A stretch of 63,967 nucleotides of DNA, counting the filler, from Vicugna vicugna (lineage: Eukaryota), in the NCBI GenBank assembly GCA_013265495.1. It is 80 parts of 79 records of this genome, joined end to end, with 100 filler letters (N's around TTAATTAATTAA, not from the genome) between each part and the next. Parts side by side here need not be neighbours in the genome. Positions count along the whole stretch, not along the records: positions 50,017 to 51,025 come from MU058826.1; positions 51,126 to 51,654 come from MU058827.1; positions 51,755 to 52,552 come from MU058828.1; positions 52,653 to 53,629 come from PNXW01006310.1; positions 53,730 to 54,827 come from MU058829.1; positions 54,928 to 55,527 come from PNXW01006314.1; positions 55,628 to 56,371 come from MU058830.1; positions 56,472 to 57,283 come from PNXW01006317.1; 72 more parts are not named here. The stretch is one strand, 5' to 3'. Every line of letters begins with the position of its first letter. Within the stretch, counting starts at the first letter, position 1. The translations under genes and the position numbers were made by a program. Of this stretch, positions 50,017-62,338 are shown piece after piece. Under the pieces are notes generated by a model that was not told where the DNA came from, did no database searches, and saw nothing but the letters and a program-made list of their open reading frames with translations.

Positions 50017-51025
50017 TCTATCCCTGAGTCTATCCCTGAATCTAACCCTAACCCTAACCCTTAGTCTATCCCTGAGTCTATCCCTGAGTCTAACCCTAAA
50101 CCTAACCCTGAGTCTAACCCTAACCCTAACCCTGAGTCTATCCCTGAGTCTATCCCTGAGTCTATCCCTGAGTCTAACCCTAACCCTGATTCTACCCCTG
50201 AGTCTAACCCTAAGCCTAACCCTAACCCTGAGTCTATCCCTGAGTCTAACCCTAACCCTAACCCTGAGTCTAACCCTGAGTCTATCCCTGAGTCTAACCC
50301 TAACCCTAACCCTGANNNNNNNNNNNNNNNNNNNNNNNNNNNNNNNNNNNNNNNNNNNNNNNNNNNNNNNNNNNNNNNNNNNNNNNNNNNNNNNNACCCC
50401 TAAGCCCTGACTCTAACCCTAACCCTAACCCTACCCTAACTCTAACCCTAACCCTGAGTCTAACCCTAGCCCTAACCCTAACCCTGAGTCTAATCCTCAG
50501 CCTAATCCTGAGTCTAATCCTGAGTCTAACCCTAGCCCTGAGTTTAACCCTGAGTCTAACCCTGAGTCTAACCCTAGCCCTGAGTCTAGCCCTGAGTCTA
50601 ACCCTGAGTCTAACCCTACCCCTGAGTCTAACCTTGAGTCTAACCCTAACCCTAACCTTAGTCTAACCCTGAGTCTAACCCTAACCCTAACCTTAGTCTA
50701 ACCCTGAGTCTAACCCTAACCCTAACCCTAAGTCTAACCCTGAGTCTAACCCTAAGTATAAGCCTAACCCAGAGTCTAACCCTGAGTATAACCCTGAGTC
50801 TAACCCTAACCCTACCCCTAAACCCTCAGTCTCACCTTGAGTCTATCCCTCACCCTCTAACCCTTAACTCTTAGTCTAACTCTAGTCTTTCCTCTGGTTG
50901 TAGCCCTAGCCCTAACACTAACTCTTGCTATGGTTCTAACCCTAGCCCTAACCCTAAGCTGTTCCCTAATGTGTAACCTTACTTGTACCCCAGCCCATAC
51001 CTTACGCATACCCTGAACTTAACCT
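50017..51025 (-). repeat. Variant telomeric repeat array: (CCCTAA)n interleaved with CCCTGAGTCTAA/CCCTGAGTCTAT, degenerating rightwards
   Basis: Runs of CCCTAA plus 12-bp variants; decay after ~50810. Confidence 0.92.
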
Positions 51026-51416
51026 NNNNNNNNNNNNNNNNNNNNNNNNNNNNNNNNNNNNNNNNNNNNTTAATTAATTAANNNNNNNNNNNNNNNNNNN
51101 NNNNNNNNNNNNNNNNNNNNNNNNNCTGTCTAGTTTCCAAAATAATATTTAATTAAAGATACTTCATACGAATCTCTTAACAAAGAAAGTAATTGCTGCC
51201 AGTCTTCCAGATAGCCTGCAATGAATTCAAGAGTTGAATTATGGAGAATTAACTGGATAAGTCAAGCTGGAAGTAGATTTACCAGTGGTGCAGCATTTAA
51301 CCTGTAATGAAAAGAGGCAGAAGCAGTCTTTCGATGGAATCTCAAAGTACGCTCATTTCTTTCCTCGTTTCTAGGACCAGGAAGAGCAGTACTACCTTTC
51401 TCTACCTAAAAAGGTA

Positions 51417-51653
51417 TGTGGAGGAGGCGGAGGATTTGGAGGACTAGGAGGAGGTGGAGGNNNNNNNNNNNNNNNNNNNNNNNNNNNNNNNNNNNNNNNN
51501 NNNNNNNNNNNNNNNNNNNNNNNNNNNNNNNNNNNNNNNNNNNNNNNNNNNNNNNNNNNNNNNNNNNNNNNNNNNNNNNNNGTGGAGGAGGAGGAGGAGG
51601 ATGTGGATTAGAGGAGGATGTGGAGTAGGATGTGGAGGAGGAGAATGTGGAGG
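51417..51653 (+). repeat. GGA-rich simple repeat (GGAGGATGT-like)
   Basis: Low-complexity GGA tract flanking a gap. Confidence 0.8.
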
Positions 51654-52430
51654 ANNNNNNNNNNNNNNNNNNNNNNNNNNNNNNNNNNNNNNNNNNNNTT
51701 AATTAATTAANNNNNNNNNNNNNNNNNNNNNNNNNNNNNNNNNNNNNNNNNNNNGAACTCTTGCAAATGTATCATGCCACCCAAAACCTTTGCTTTTTTT
51801 AACACATCAAAAATGCACTCACCAAATTTCAGAAAAACTGTCAAAGATAGAAGGCATGTTTCTTTTTCTCCCTCCACTTTTGAGATTTCCTAACGGATTT
51901 TCAAGAGTAGCATGATGTATCTACTTACCAAGTTTCAACAATTAACACATATAACANNNNNNNNNNNNNNNNNNNNNNNNNNNNNNNNNNNNNNNNNNNN
52001 NNNNNNNNNNNNNNNNNNNNNNNNNNNNNNNNNNNNNNNNNNNNNNNNNNNNNNNNNNNNNNNNNNNNNNNNNNNNNNNNNNNNNNNNNNNNNNNNNTTC
52101 CTAAATAATCCAATATCTACTCAGAGTTCATATTTTTGTAATAGACTTATCAGTTCTTAGAAAATGTGTTTACCTGACCTAGGATCAAAATAAGGCCTAT
52201 TCTTTGCTATTGCCTGATAAGACTCTTACATATTATTTGGTCAATTTGTTCAGATTTCTTTCTTTATTTGTAATTTTGCAATTTTCTTGTTGTTGTAGAA
52301 ACTGGATAGTTTGTGGTGAAATTTCCCATAGTCTAGATTTTACTGGATGCATAATCATGGTATCATCTTCCCGTGACCCCTGCAATTCCCATAAGTTAAT
52401 TGCTAGAGATAAGGAATTGATTAAATTGTC

Positions 52431-52552
52431 TTTTTCTTCCTCCCTTCCTCCCTTCCTCCCTTCCTTTCTCTCTCCCTTTCTTCCTACCTTCCTACCTTTC
52501 TCTCTTTCTCTCTTTCTCTCTTTCTCCCTTTCTTTCTTTCTTTCTTTCTTTC
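52431..52552 (+). repeat. Pyrimidine microsatellite (TTCC/TTTC)n
   Basis: Directly visible. Confidence 0.9.
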
Positions 52553-52652
52553 NNNNNNNNNNNNNNNNNNNNNNNNNNNNNNNNNNNNNNNNNNNNTTAA
52601 TTAATTAANNNNNNNNNNNNNNNNNNNNNNNNNNNNNNNNNNNNNNNNNNNN

Positions 52653-53100
52653 AGAAAAATGTGGGAGAATATTTGTCATAATTTTGAAGTAGGAAGGGCT
52701 TCCAAAGCACAACCCAAATCCAAATTCATTTTTTAATTTGAGTTCAAAAATGTTTAAATAGCTAATACCATAAAACATAACAAATCAAAGGAAAATGAAA
52801 AATAGGAATAAAATATTGGCAACATACATGGCAGGCATAGGGCTAACTTCCTTGCTACATAAATAACGTGCATGTGCAAACATGTCAAGTCTATGAGGAA
52901 TGCCAACAACCCAATAGAGAAATGTACAATAAAGAAGAAATTAAATTGTCGGTCCACAAAGCAGGAAACACAAATGCATTTTACACATCGGAACTGATGC
53001 TCACCCTCACACATGGCAGGAAATGCAAATTAAAACTGCAATGCGATCCAGTTTTTCATAGATCAGGTTGGCAAAATATGCTTAAATATACACAGTGCTG
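52653..53100 (+). mobile_element. Very old L1 (L1ME-like) ORF2 3' fragment
   Basis: GGGAGAATATTTG, CAACCCAATAGAGAAATG, GAAATGCAAATTAAAAC. Confidence 0.6.
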
Positions 53101-53729
53101 TTGAACCACCTATCAAGTGTCAAGCTGTAGCCATAGAAATTTGCACTGATTTCCTGCCTCTCCTTGGAGAGCCCTCATCCAGTCACTTGCGAGGTCAGAG
53201 GTCAGAGAAAACACCTTAGAGGCCTTTCCTTTGGCTCCTGAGGTCCTTCCACAGCTTGGCTCAGCAAAAAACACTGAATTTTTCAAAGTAATCCGGAACC
53301 CAAAGCCCCTGAAATTAAACGTAAAAGAGGGTATGTGTCTGGTACATGGTTCTGGGCACGCCACCTGCTTTTCTAGAGAGCTAGTCTGTGGCTCTCACCC
53401 ATTTCTCAAAGGGGTTCACTTCCCAAAGAGGCTCACACTTGATACACACAACCCCCATTTTCAATGGTCCCAGGAACACCTGGTGAGTTCGGCTAAGCCC
53501 AGGCCACCTTCTGGAAACTCCCAATAAACCTGGTATTCCTGCTCCTCGTTGAAGAAGCACTGTTCTAAATTTTCTGGGCACCTAGGATATTCAGTTTCTA
53601 CCCTATGGAGCTGGAAATGTCAGAGCTTGNNNNNNNNNNNNNNNNNNNNNNNNNNNNNNNNNNNNNNNNNNNNTTAATTAATTAANNNNNNNNNNNNNNN
53701 NNNNNNNNNNNNNNNNNNNNNNNNNNNNN

Positions 53730-54270
53730 AAAAAATCAGTTCAAAAAGATGTACTCATCAGAGCATTTGCACAGCACTGCATACAATGGTGGGAAGAAAA
53801 GCTGAAGTGAAATCATATCCAGCGATAGAGAATTGGTTACATAAGTTATTTTACATCTTTTCATTCCCCACTGGAGAAGGAATTTCTAGAGTCACTTGAA
53901 AGGAGCCTGTGATGTATGTAATTGTCACATCCAGGGACTAAATTTTCAGAATCCTTAACTAAACGAATACTCATACAAGATCACAGGAATGTTTGTACNN
54001 NNNNNNNNNNNNNNNNNNNNNNNNNNNNNNNNNNNNNNNNNNNNNNNNNNNNNNNNNNNNNNNNNNNNNNNNNNNNNNNNNNNNNNNNNNNNNNNNNNNN
54101 NNNNNNNNNNNNNNNNNNNNNNNNNNNNNNNNNNNNNNNNNNNNNNNNNNNNNNNNNNNNNNNNNNNNNNNNNNNNNNNNNNNNNNNNNNNNNNNNNNNN
54201 NNNNNNNNNNNNNNNGGAGGACGTTTATGATATACACCTGAGTGAATAAACCGAGCTTCAGAAAACATAT
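53730..54270 (+). mobile_element. Very old L1 3' fragment
   Basis: GCAGCACTG-like, GAATTGGTTACATAAGTTAT, TGAGTGAATAAACCGAG motifs. Confidence 0.4.
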
Positions 54271-55199
54271 AGCATGGCTTTATTTTTCAATAAAGTATAT
54301 ATACACACACATATACATAGATTTCTCATATACGTGTCTGTATGTATGTGTATATATATATATGACATAGGCATAAAGGTCATGAAATATATACTCCACA
54401 TTATCAGCAGTTTTTACTCTCAGGAAAAATGGGAAGGGATGTAGAGGCCTTTTAGTACAACCACAGTTCCCTTTTCAGTATATCAGTTAAGTATACTTGG
54501 AATTTAAAAGTTTATTTAAGTCCGAAGTAAAATGGACGATGCCTCCACAAGACAGAATGCTATACTGGTCATTAAAAATCATGCCAGGGGAGATAGAATA
54601 TTGTNNNNNNNNNNNNNNNNNNNNNNNNNNNNNNNNNNNNNNNNNNNNNNNNNNNNNNNNNNNNNNNNNNNNNNNNNNNNNNNNNNNNNNNNNNNNNNNN
54701 NNNNNNNNNNNNNNNNNNNNNNNNNNNNNNNNNNNNAGATGTTAAAAATAATTATCTCTGAGTAGTGGGACCAGGATAGAATCTTTTGCCCCTTTTTTCA
54801 GACTTTTATATTAAATACACATTATTTNNNNNNNNNNNNNNNNNNNNNNNNNNNNNNNNNNNNNNNNNNNNTTAATTAATTAANNNNNNNNNNNNNNNNN
54901 NNNNNNNNNNNNNNNNNNNNNNNNNNNCTCAAATGGTTTGGAGGAAAATAAATATAATAACTAAAACCATATTTATTCCAAGATAATTTATCTTAAAATA
55001 GCCCATGTGCCAAGGATTTTTTCAAGTATAAATTTAGACCATAAAAAGAGGCAAATTTTGGGTCAGTTTAGTAGGTTTCTAGCAATTTCTAATGCAAGTG
55101 ATGAAAATTCTGCTTCCAGTCACATTCTGAAGCCAATTGTGTATATCACTTCCCAAATTTGCATTTAGTGATATTCTAGTTCATAGTTTAAAATTATTC

Positions 55200-55527
55200 A
55201 TGGTAGGAGCACTTGTATATGTTGTAAATAAGCACTTTATTGTCTACAAAGATCCAGGTGCAGAGATGTACCAGCATACACAATTAAAATGTCCCTAATC
55301 TCTTGAAGTTTACCTTCTAATGGAGGAACTAGGCATTAAAACCATCCGAATAAAGTGTATTACTAATTATGATATGATATTGTAGGAAAAGCATACAGTG
55401 CAATTGGAAATGAGTACACAGTTGATGTTTTTTTAAATTACAGATTTAGTTTGGAGGGAGGTTGTATCAGAACAGGCTACGTTGAGGAACTAGAGTTAGC
55501 ACTAAAGGCTGCAGTGAGGACAGGAGC
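55200..55527. mobile_element. L2 LINE fragment
   Basis: GAGCACTTGTATATG...GTCCCTAATCTCTTGAAGTTTACCTTCTAATGGAGGA resembles the L2 3' region. Confidence 0.45.
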
Positions 55528-55627
55528 NNNNNNNNNNNNNNNNNNNNNNNNNNNNNNNNNNNNNNNNNNNNTTAATTAATTAANNNNNNNNNNNNNNNNN
55601 NNNNNNNNNNNNNNNNNNNNNNNNNNN

Positions 55628-56371
55628 TCTACATTCTATATTCTAAATTCTATATTAAGTTTTCTGTATTCTTTATTCTAAACCCTGTGTTCTGCCTTCC
55701 ATGTTCTAAATTCTCAGTTGTGTATTCTGTTTTCCATATTCTATATTCTGTGTTCTACATTCTATATTCTGTATTCTATATTTTGCATTCCGTATTCTAC
55801 ATTTTATATTTTGTGTACTACATTCAATATTCTAAATTCTATATTCAGTATTCCGTANNNNNNNNNNNNNNNNNNNNNNNNNNNNNNNNNNNNNNNNNNN
55901 NNNNNNNNNNNNNNNNNNNNNNNNNNNNNNNNNNNNNNNNNNNNNNNNNNNNNNNNNNNNNNNNNNNNNNNNNNNNNNNNNNNNNNNNNNNNNNNNNNNN
56001 NNNNNNNNNNNNNNNNNNNNNNNNNNNNNNNNNNNNNNNNNNNNNNNNNNNNNNNNNNNNNNNNNNNNNNNNNNNNNNNNNNNNNNNNNNNNNNNNNNNN
56101 NNNNNNNNNNNNNNNNNNNNNNNNNNNNNNNNNNNNNNNNNNNNNNNNNNNNNNNNNNNNNNNNNNNNNNNNNNNNNNNNNNNNNNNNNNNNNNNNNNAT
56201 TCTCTGCTCTAAAATCTATATTCAGTAATATGTATTTTATATTCTAAATACTGTGTTCGGCTTTCCATATTCTAAATTCTGTGTTGTATATTCTCTATTC
56301 TATATTCTATATGCTGTGTTTTTTAATCTATTTTCTACATCCCATATTCTGCATACCGTATTCTATATTCT
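55628..56371 (-). repeat. SatF heptamer satellite
   Basis: ATATTCT register. Confidence 0.88.
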
Positions 56372-56471
56372 NNNNNNNNNNNNNNNNNNNNNNNNNNNNN
56401 NNNNNNNNNNNNNNNTTAATTAATTAANNNNNNNNNNNNNNNNNNNNNNNNNNNNNNNNNNNNNNNNNNNN

Positions 56472-57283
56472 TACACCTTGTTTGGTGGATGAAAGTTCAG
56501 TAATCCAAATGCTCACAAGTCAGAAACGTATGATAGCCGAATCCGACACACATGTAGAATGTACGGAACCCGGAATGGCATGTTGAAGGAATTCATGTAA
56601 ATTACATACCTATAAGGTGGAATTCGCTCCAGAATAATTTTTCTGTGAAAAATGCACATATTCGAACCTGGTGTTAGGGAAAGCTTGTGAAAATTTTACA
56701 TGTGTCTAGATGAAAATATTCCTTTTATAGAGGATGAAAGATTGGTAATCAAGATGAGCTCACATCAGGAATATATGTTTGTCGAATACATCATATATGT
56801 AGCATGAACGAAACACGGAATATCACTTAGATGGGATCTATTCAAATTACATATCTCTAGGGTAGAATTCGCTCCAAGAGGGTTTTTGTTGGATCAAAGT
56901 GTGATTCTTGAAACTGGTGATAGGAAGAAGCTACGAAGTCAAAGTAAATATTTCAGAGTGCATAGGTAAGTTGTTTGGTGGTTGAAACATCAGTCATGCG
57001 CATGTACACAACTCAATAATGCATGTTTGAGGAATCCGTGATGCATGAAACATGTTTGGAATACGGAATTCCATGGTTATGTAAACAATGTAAATTACAT
57101 GTGTATTGGTGAGAATTCGCTCAAAAAGTGTGTTTTCTGGTGCCAAATGTCTGATTTTGGAACCTGGTGATAGGAAAAAAGTATGAAGTCAAACTAAATA
57201 TTTCTAACTGAATATACACCTTGCTTGGTGGACGAAAAGTCAGTAATCCACATGCTCACAAGTCAGAAACGCATTGTTGCTGA
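56472..57283 (+). repeat. SatC: full 743-bp trimeric higher-order unit
   Basis: TACACCTTG at 56472 and 57215; monomer anchors at 56488, 56733, 56981, 57231. Confidence 0.9.
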
Positions 57284-57383
57284 NNNNNNNNNNNNNNNNN
57301 NNNNNNNNNNNNNNNNNNNNNNNNNNNTTAATTAATTAANNNNNNNNNNNNNNNNNNNNNNNNNNNNNNNNNNNNNNNNNNNN

Positions 57384-58419
57384 GCCAGGGAATGCTAGGG
57401 GGTTTACAGGATATCCCAGTGACAGAGGGTGACTCCCCAAGTCAGGGAAGGTTTTTCTCGTACTTCCCCGAACATGGAACACCTGTGACTGACGAGAGCT
57501 GCGTGGAGTTTTCTCTAGAGCTCCCCCACGCACTGACAATGGTTCCGGAATCCTGAGCGTGGGGAGGTTCCACCAACGGTCGGCAACGCGTGGGTTGTAA
57601 CGGAAAGCCTAATCTTGTCTCCCCTGAGGGTTTTCCTAATGTCTCTCTGCCAGGGAATGCTCGGAGGGTTGGCAGGATATCCCAGTGTCAGAGTCTGCCT
57701 CACCAAGGTCAGGGAATATTTTTCATGGACTTCCCCGAACATGGAACACCTGTGACTGAAGAGAGCTGGGTGGAGTTGTCTCTCGAGCTCCCCCACGCAC
57801 TGACAATGGTTCCGGAATCCTGAGCGTGGGGAGGTTCCACCAACGGTCGGCAGCGCGTGGGTTCNNNNNNNNNNNNNNNNNNNNNNNNNNNNNNNNNNNN
57901 NNNNNNNNNNNNNNNNNNNNNNNNNNNNNNNNNNNNNNNNNNNNNNNNNNNNNNNNNNNNNNNNNNNNNNNNNNNNNNNNNNNNNNNNNNNNNNNNNNNN
58001 NNNNNNNNNNNNNNNNNNNNNNNNNNNNNNNNNNNNNNNNNNNNNNNNNNNNNNNNNNNNNNNNNNNNNNNNNNNNNNNNNNNNNNNNNNNNNNNNNNNN
58101 NNNNNNNNNNNNNNNNNNNNNNNNNNNNNNNNNNNNNNNNNNNNNNNNNNNNNNNNNNNNNNNNNNNNNNNNNNNNNNNNNNNNNNNNNNNNNNNNNNNN
58201 NNNNNNNNNNNNNNNNNNNNNNNNNNNNNNNNNNNNNNNNNNNNNNNNNNNNNNNNNNNNNNNNNNNNNNNNNNNNNNNGTGGAGTTGTCTCTCGAGCTC
58301 CCCCACGCACTGAAAATGGTTCCGGAATCCTGAGCGGGGGGAGGAGCCACCAAAGTTCGGCAGCGCTTGGGTTTTAATGGAAAGCCTAAGATCATCTCCC
58401 CTGAGGGTTTTCCTAATGT
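57384..58419 (-). repeat. SatA
   Basis: ~267-bp monomers. Confidence 0.92.
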
Positions 58420-58519
58420 NNNNNNNNNNNNNNNNNNNNNNNNNNNNNNNNNNNNNNNNNNNNTTAATTAATTAANNNNNNNNNNNNNNNNNNNNNNNNN
58501 NNNNNNNNNNNNNNNNNNN

Positions 58520-58969
58520 TCTATATTCTTTGTTCTACATTCTATATTCTGAATTCTATATTCACTATTCTGTATTCTATATTCTAAATTCTATGTTCTA
58601 CATTCTATACTCTAAATTCGATATTCAATATACTGTATTTTATATTCTAAATTCTGTGTTCTACATTCCATGTTCTATATTCTGGATTCTATATTCTCTA
58701 TTTTATATTTTGTGCTGATTATTCTACAATCTATATTCTATATTCTGCATTCCGTAGTNNNNNNNNNNNNNNNNNNNNNNNNNNNNNNNNNNNNNNNNNN
58801 NNNNNNNNNNNNNNNNNNNNNNNNNNNNNNNNNNNNNNNNNNNNNNNNNNNNNNNNNNNNNNNNNNNNNNNNNNNNNNNNNNNNNNNNNNNNNNNNNNNN
58901 NNNNTGTTCTGCATTCCATATTCCAAATTCTGGTTTCTATATTCTGTTTTCCATATTCTATATTCTGTG
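58520..58969 (-). repeat. SatF heptamer satellite
   Basis: ATATTCT register. Confidence 0.88.
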
Positions 58970-59069
58970 NNNNNNNNNNNNNNNNNNNNNNNNNNNNNNN
59001 NNNNNNNNNNNNNTTAATTAATTAANNNNNNNNNNNNNNNNNNNNNNNNNNNNNNNNNNNNNNNNNNNN

Positions 59070-60206
59070 TACCCATTTTCACAATCTTTTCCTAAAACCA
59101 GTTTCGAACTCGTGAATTTTCCTCAGAAAAATACTTCTGGAGCGATTTCCACCAAACAGATATGTAATTTANNNNNNNNNNNNNNNNNNNNNNNNNNNNN
59201 NNNNNNNNNNNNNNNNNNNNNNNNNNNNNNNNNNNNNNNNNNNNNNNNNNNNNNNNNNNNNNNNNNNNNNNNNNNNNNNNNNNNNNNNNNNNNNNNNNNN
59301 NNNNNNNNNNNNNNNNNNNNNNNNNNNNNNNNNNNNNNNNNNNNNNNNNNNNNNNNNNNNNNNNNNNNNNNNNNNNNNNNNNNNNNNNNNNNNNNNNNNN
59401 NNNNNNNNNNNNNNNNNNNNNNNNNNNNNNNNNNNNNNNNNNNNNNNNNNNNNNNNNNNNNNNNNNNNNNNNNNNNNNNNNNNNNNNNNNNNNNNNNNNN
59501 NNNNNNNNNNNNNNNNNNNNNNNNNNNNNNNNNNNNNNNNNNNNNNNNNNNNNNNNNNNNNNNNNNNNNNNNNNNNNNNNNNNNNNNNNNNNNNNNNNNN
59601 NNNNNNNNNNNNNNNNNNNNNNNNNNNNNNNNNNNNNNNNNNNNNNNNNNNNNNNNNNNNNNNNNNNNNNNNNNNNNNNNNNNNNNNNNNNNNNNNNNNN
59701 NNNNNNNNNNNNNNNNNNNNNNNNNNNNNNNNNNNNNNNNNNNNNNNNNNNNNNNNNNNNNNNNNNNNNNNNNNNNNNNNNNNNNNNNNNNNNNNNNNNN
59801 NNNNNNNNNNNNNNNNNNNNNNNNNNNNNNNNNNNNNNNNNNNNNNNNNNNNNNNNNNNNNNNNNNNNNNNNNNNNNNNNNNNNNNNNNNNNNNNNNNNN
59901 NNATGTAATTTAAATGCATTCCATCAACAGGTCATTCCGGATACTGTAAATGCTACACGCATGTCGGATACGGCAAATATGCATTTCTGAGTTGTGAGCA
60001 TGTGGATTACTGAACTTTCATCCACCAAACAAGGCATATATTCACTTTGAATTATTTACTCTGACTTCATAGTTTTTTTGTATCACTTGGTTCTAAAATC
60101 GGACATTTGGCACTAGAAAACTCTCTTTGAGCGAATACTCACCAATACTCATGTAATTTATATTGTTTACATAAGCATGGCATTCCGTATTCCGAACATG
60201 TTTCAT
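59070..60206 (-). repeat. SatC
   Basis: GCATTTCTGAGTTGTGAGCATGTGGATTACTGAACTTTCATCCACC. Confidence 0.9.
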
Positions 60207-60306
60207 NNNNNNNNNNNNNNNNNNNNNNNNNNNNNNNNNNNNNNNNNNNNTTAATTAATTAANNNNNNNNNNNNNNNNNNNNNNNNNNNNNNNNNNNNNN
60301 NNNNNN

Positions 60307-61404
60307 AGGGGTGTTTGTAGGATATCCCAGTGACATATGCTGCCTCCCCAAAGTTAGGGAAGGTATTTCCCGGACTTCCGCGAACAGGAAACTCCTGTGA
60401 ATGAAGAGAGCTGCGTGGAGTTGTCTCTCGAGCTCCCCCACGCACTGACAATGGTTCCGGAATCCTGAGCGTGGGGAGGTTCCACCAACGGTCGGCAGCG
60501 CGTGGGTTCTAACGGAATTCCTAAGGTCGTCTCCCCTGAGGGTTTTCCTAATTTGTCTGTGCCAGGGAATGGTAGGGGTGTTTGTAGGATATCCCAGTGA
60601 CATATGCTGCCTCCCCAAAGTTAGGGAAGGTATTTCCCGGACTTCCCCTAACAGGGAACCCCTGAGAATGAAGAGAGCTGCGTGGAGTTGTCTCTCGATT
60701 TCCACACGCACTGACAATATTTCCGGAATCCTGAGCGTGGGGAGGTTCCACCAACGGTCGGCAGCGCGTGGGTTCTAACGGAATTCCTAAGGTCGTCTCC
60801 CCTGAGGGTTTTCCTAATGTCTCTGTGCCAGGGAATGCTAGGGGTGATTGCAGGATATCCCNNNNNNNNNNNNNNNNNNNNNNNNNNNNNNNNNNNNNNN
60901 NNNNNNNNNNNNNNNNNNNNNNNNNNNNNNNNNNNNNNNNNNNNNNNNNNNNNNNNNNNNNNNNNNNNNNNNNNNNNNNNNNNNNNNNNNNNNNNNNNNN
61001 NNNNNNNNNNNNNNNNNNNNNNNNNNNNNNNNNNNNNNNNNNNNNNNNNNNNNNNNNNNNNNNNNNNNNNNNNNNNNNNNNNNNNNNNNNNNNNNNNNNN
61101 NNNNNNNNNNNNNNNNNNNNNNNNNNNNNNNNNNNNNNNNNNNNNNNNNNNNNNNNNNNNNNNNNNNCGGACTTCCCCGAACATGGCACTCCTGTGAATG
61201 AAGAGAGCTGTGTGGAGTTGTCTCTCGAGCTCCCCCACGCACTGACAATGGTTTCGGAATCCTGAGCGTGGGGAGGTTCCACCAACGGTCGGCAGCGTGA
61301 GGGTTCTAACGGAATGCCTAAGCTCAAATACCCTGAGGGTTTTCCAAATGTCTCTGTGTCCGGGAATGCTAGGGGTGATTGCAGGATATCCCAGTGTCTG
61401 AGGC
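60307..61404 (-). repeat. SatA
   Basis: GATATCCCAGTGACATATGC at 60321 and 60588 (period 267). Confidence 0.93.
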
Positions 61405-61504
61405 NNNNNNNNNNNNNNNNNNNNNNNNNNNNNNNNNNNNNNNNNNNNTTAATTAATTAANNNNNNNNNNNNNNNNNNNNNNNNNNNNNNNNNNNNNNNN
61501 NNNN

Positions 61505-62338
61505 AAGCAAGTTCCTGTGCATCCTCACTCCAGTCTCCTTGCCTTAAAAGCAGAGACAATGCTTTGCTTGCATAGTTGAAGTTTTAGATAGCACTCTGCT
61601 GGTTGCAAAGCAAGGACCGAGGCCCTCAGCTATAAACGGTTGGCTTATGTGCTGTTAGAAAGTCTATTATCCCCAAAACAAGGCCTGGCTGGTCTGGTGG
61701 TCTGCTTTGTAATTCACATATCTAAAAATGTATCTTGTTCCCTTCACCCCATTAGTTCCTTAAAATTAAACTAATCCTTTGTACTCATTGTGTATTCTAC
61801 AAATCTCTGCCTCACCCTGTCTTTCCCGAAGTTCCTCCTTACTATCACACAACTGTTAATGAATTTTTCCTTTGATTATACACAATAAATATGGGAGCAT
61901 TTTAGAGCCTCTTGGAGTTGACTCCCTACTCCCTCTCGATTTCTTGACTTTTTCCACAGAGTCTTGAATAATCATTCCGTATGGGTAAGACTTCTGCCAG
62001 CCAGAACTCACAGTTCCAGGTGAGAAATTATCTCTCCTACCAAATGGAGAGAGAGAAGAGAATTGAGATCTGCTCCCTAGTGGTCCCTTCCTGCCCCAGG
62101 GCCACTGCAGTTCACCTGCAGCCTTCTGGCCTCTGCTCAGAGGGCCTCTGTCCCAGGACTGACTGCAGCCTTTTCTTCCCTTGTCAACATTTCCTGTGCC
62201 TTTCAGAAGTTGGTCTTTTCTCTGTATAACGCTGGCAGATTTGATGGTGGACAGCGTGCTGGTGGGCAGTCCTTTGGGGACTCCCAGGAGCCATGATGAT
62301 TCCCTGAGTCTTTCAATCTGGGTTACCCAACAGTCGAG
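61505..62338 (+). mobile_element. Probable ERV LTR plus 5' internal leader (copy 2)
   Basis: Colinear with 42420-43240 (e.g. CCTGCAGCCTTCTGGCCTCTGCTCAGAGGGCCTCTGTCCCAGGACTGACTGCAGCC identical). Confidence 0.55.

Noticed and set aside
60259..61327. Recurrent RTHALPTVGGTSPRSGFR ORFs as a repeat-protein family
   Set aside because: Read-through of SatA monomers (267 = 89 codons); frames break in 265/269-bp variants; no splice or codon evidence.
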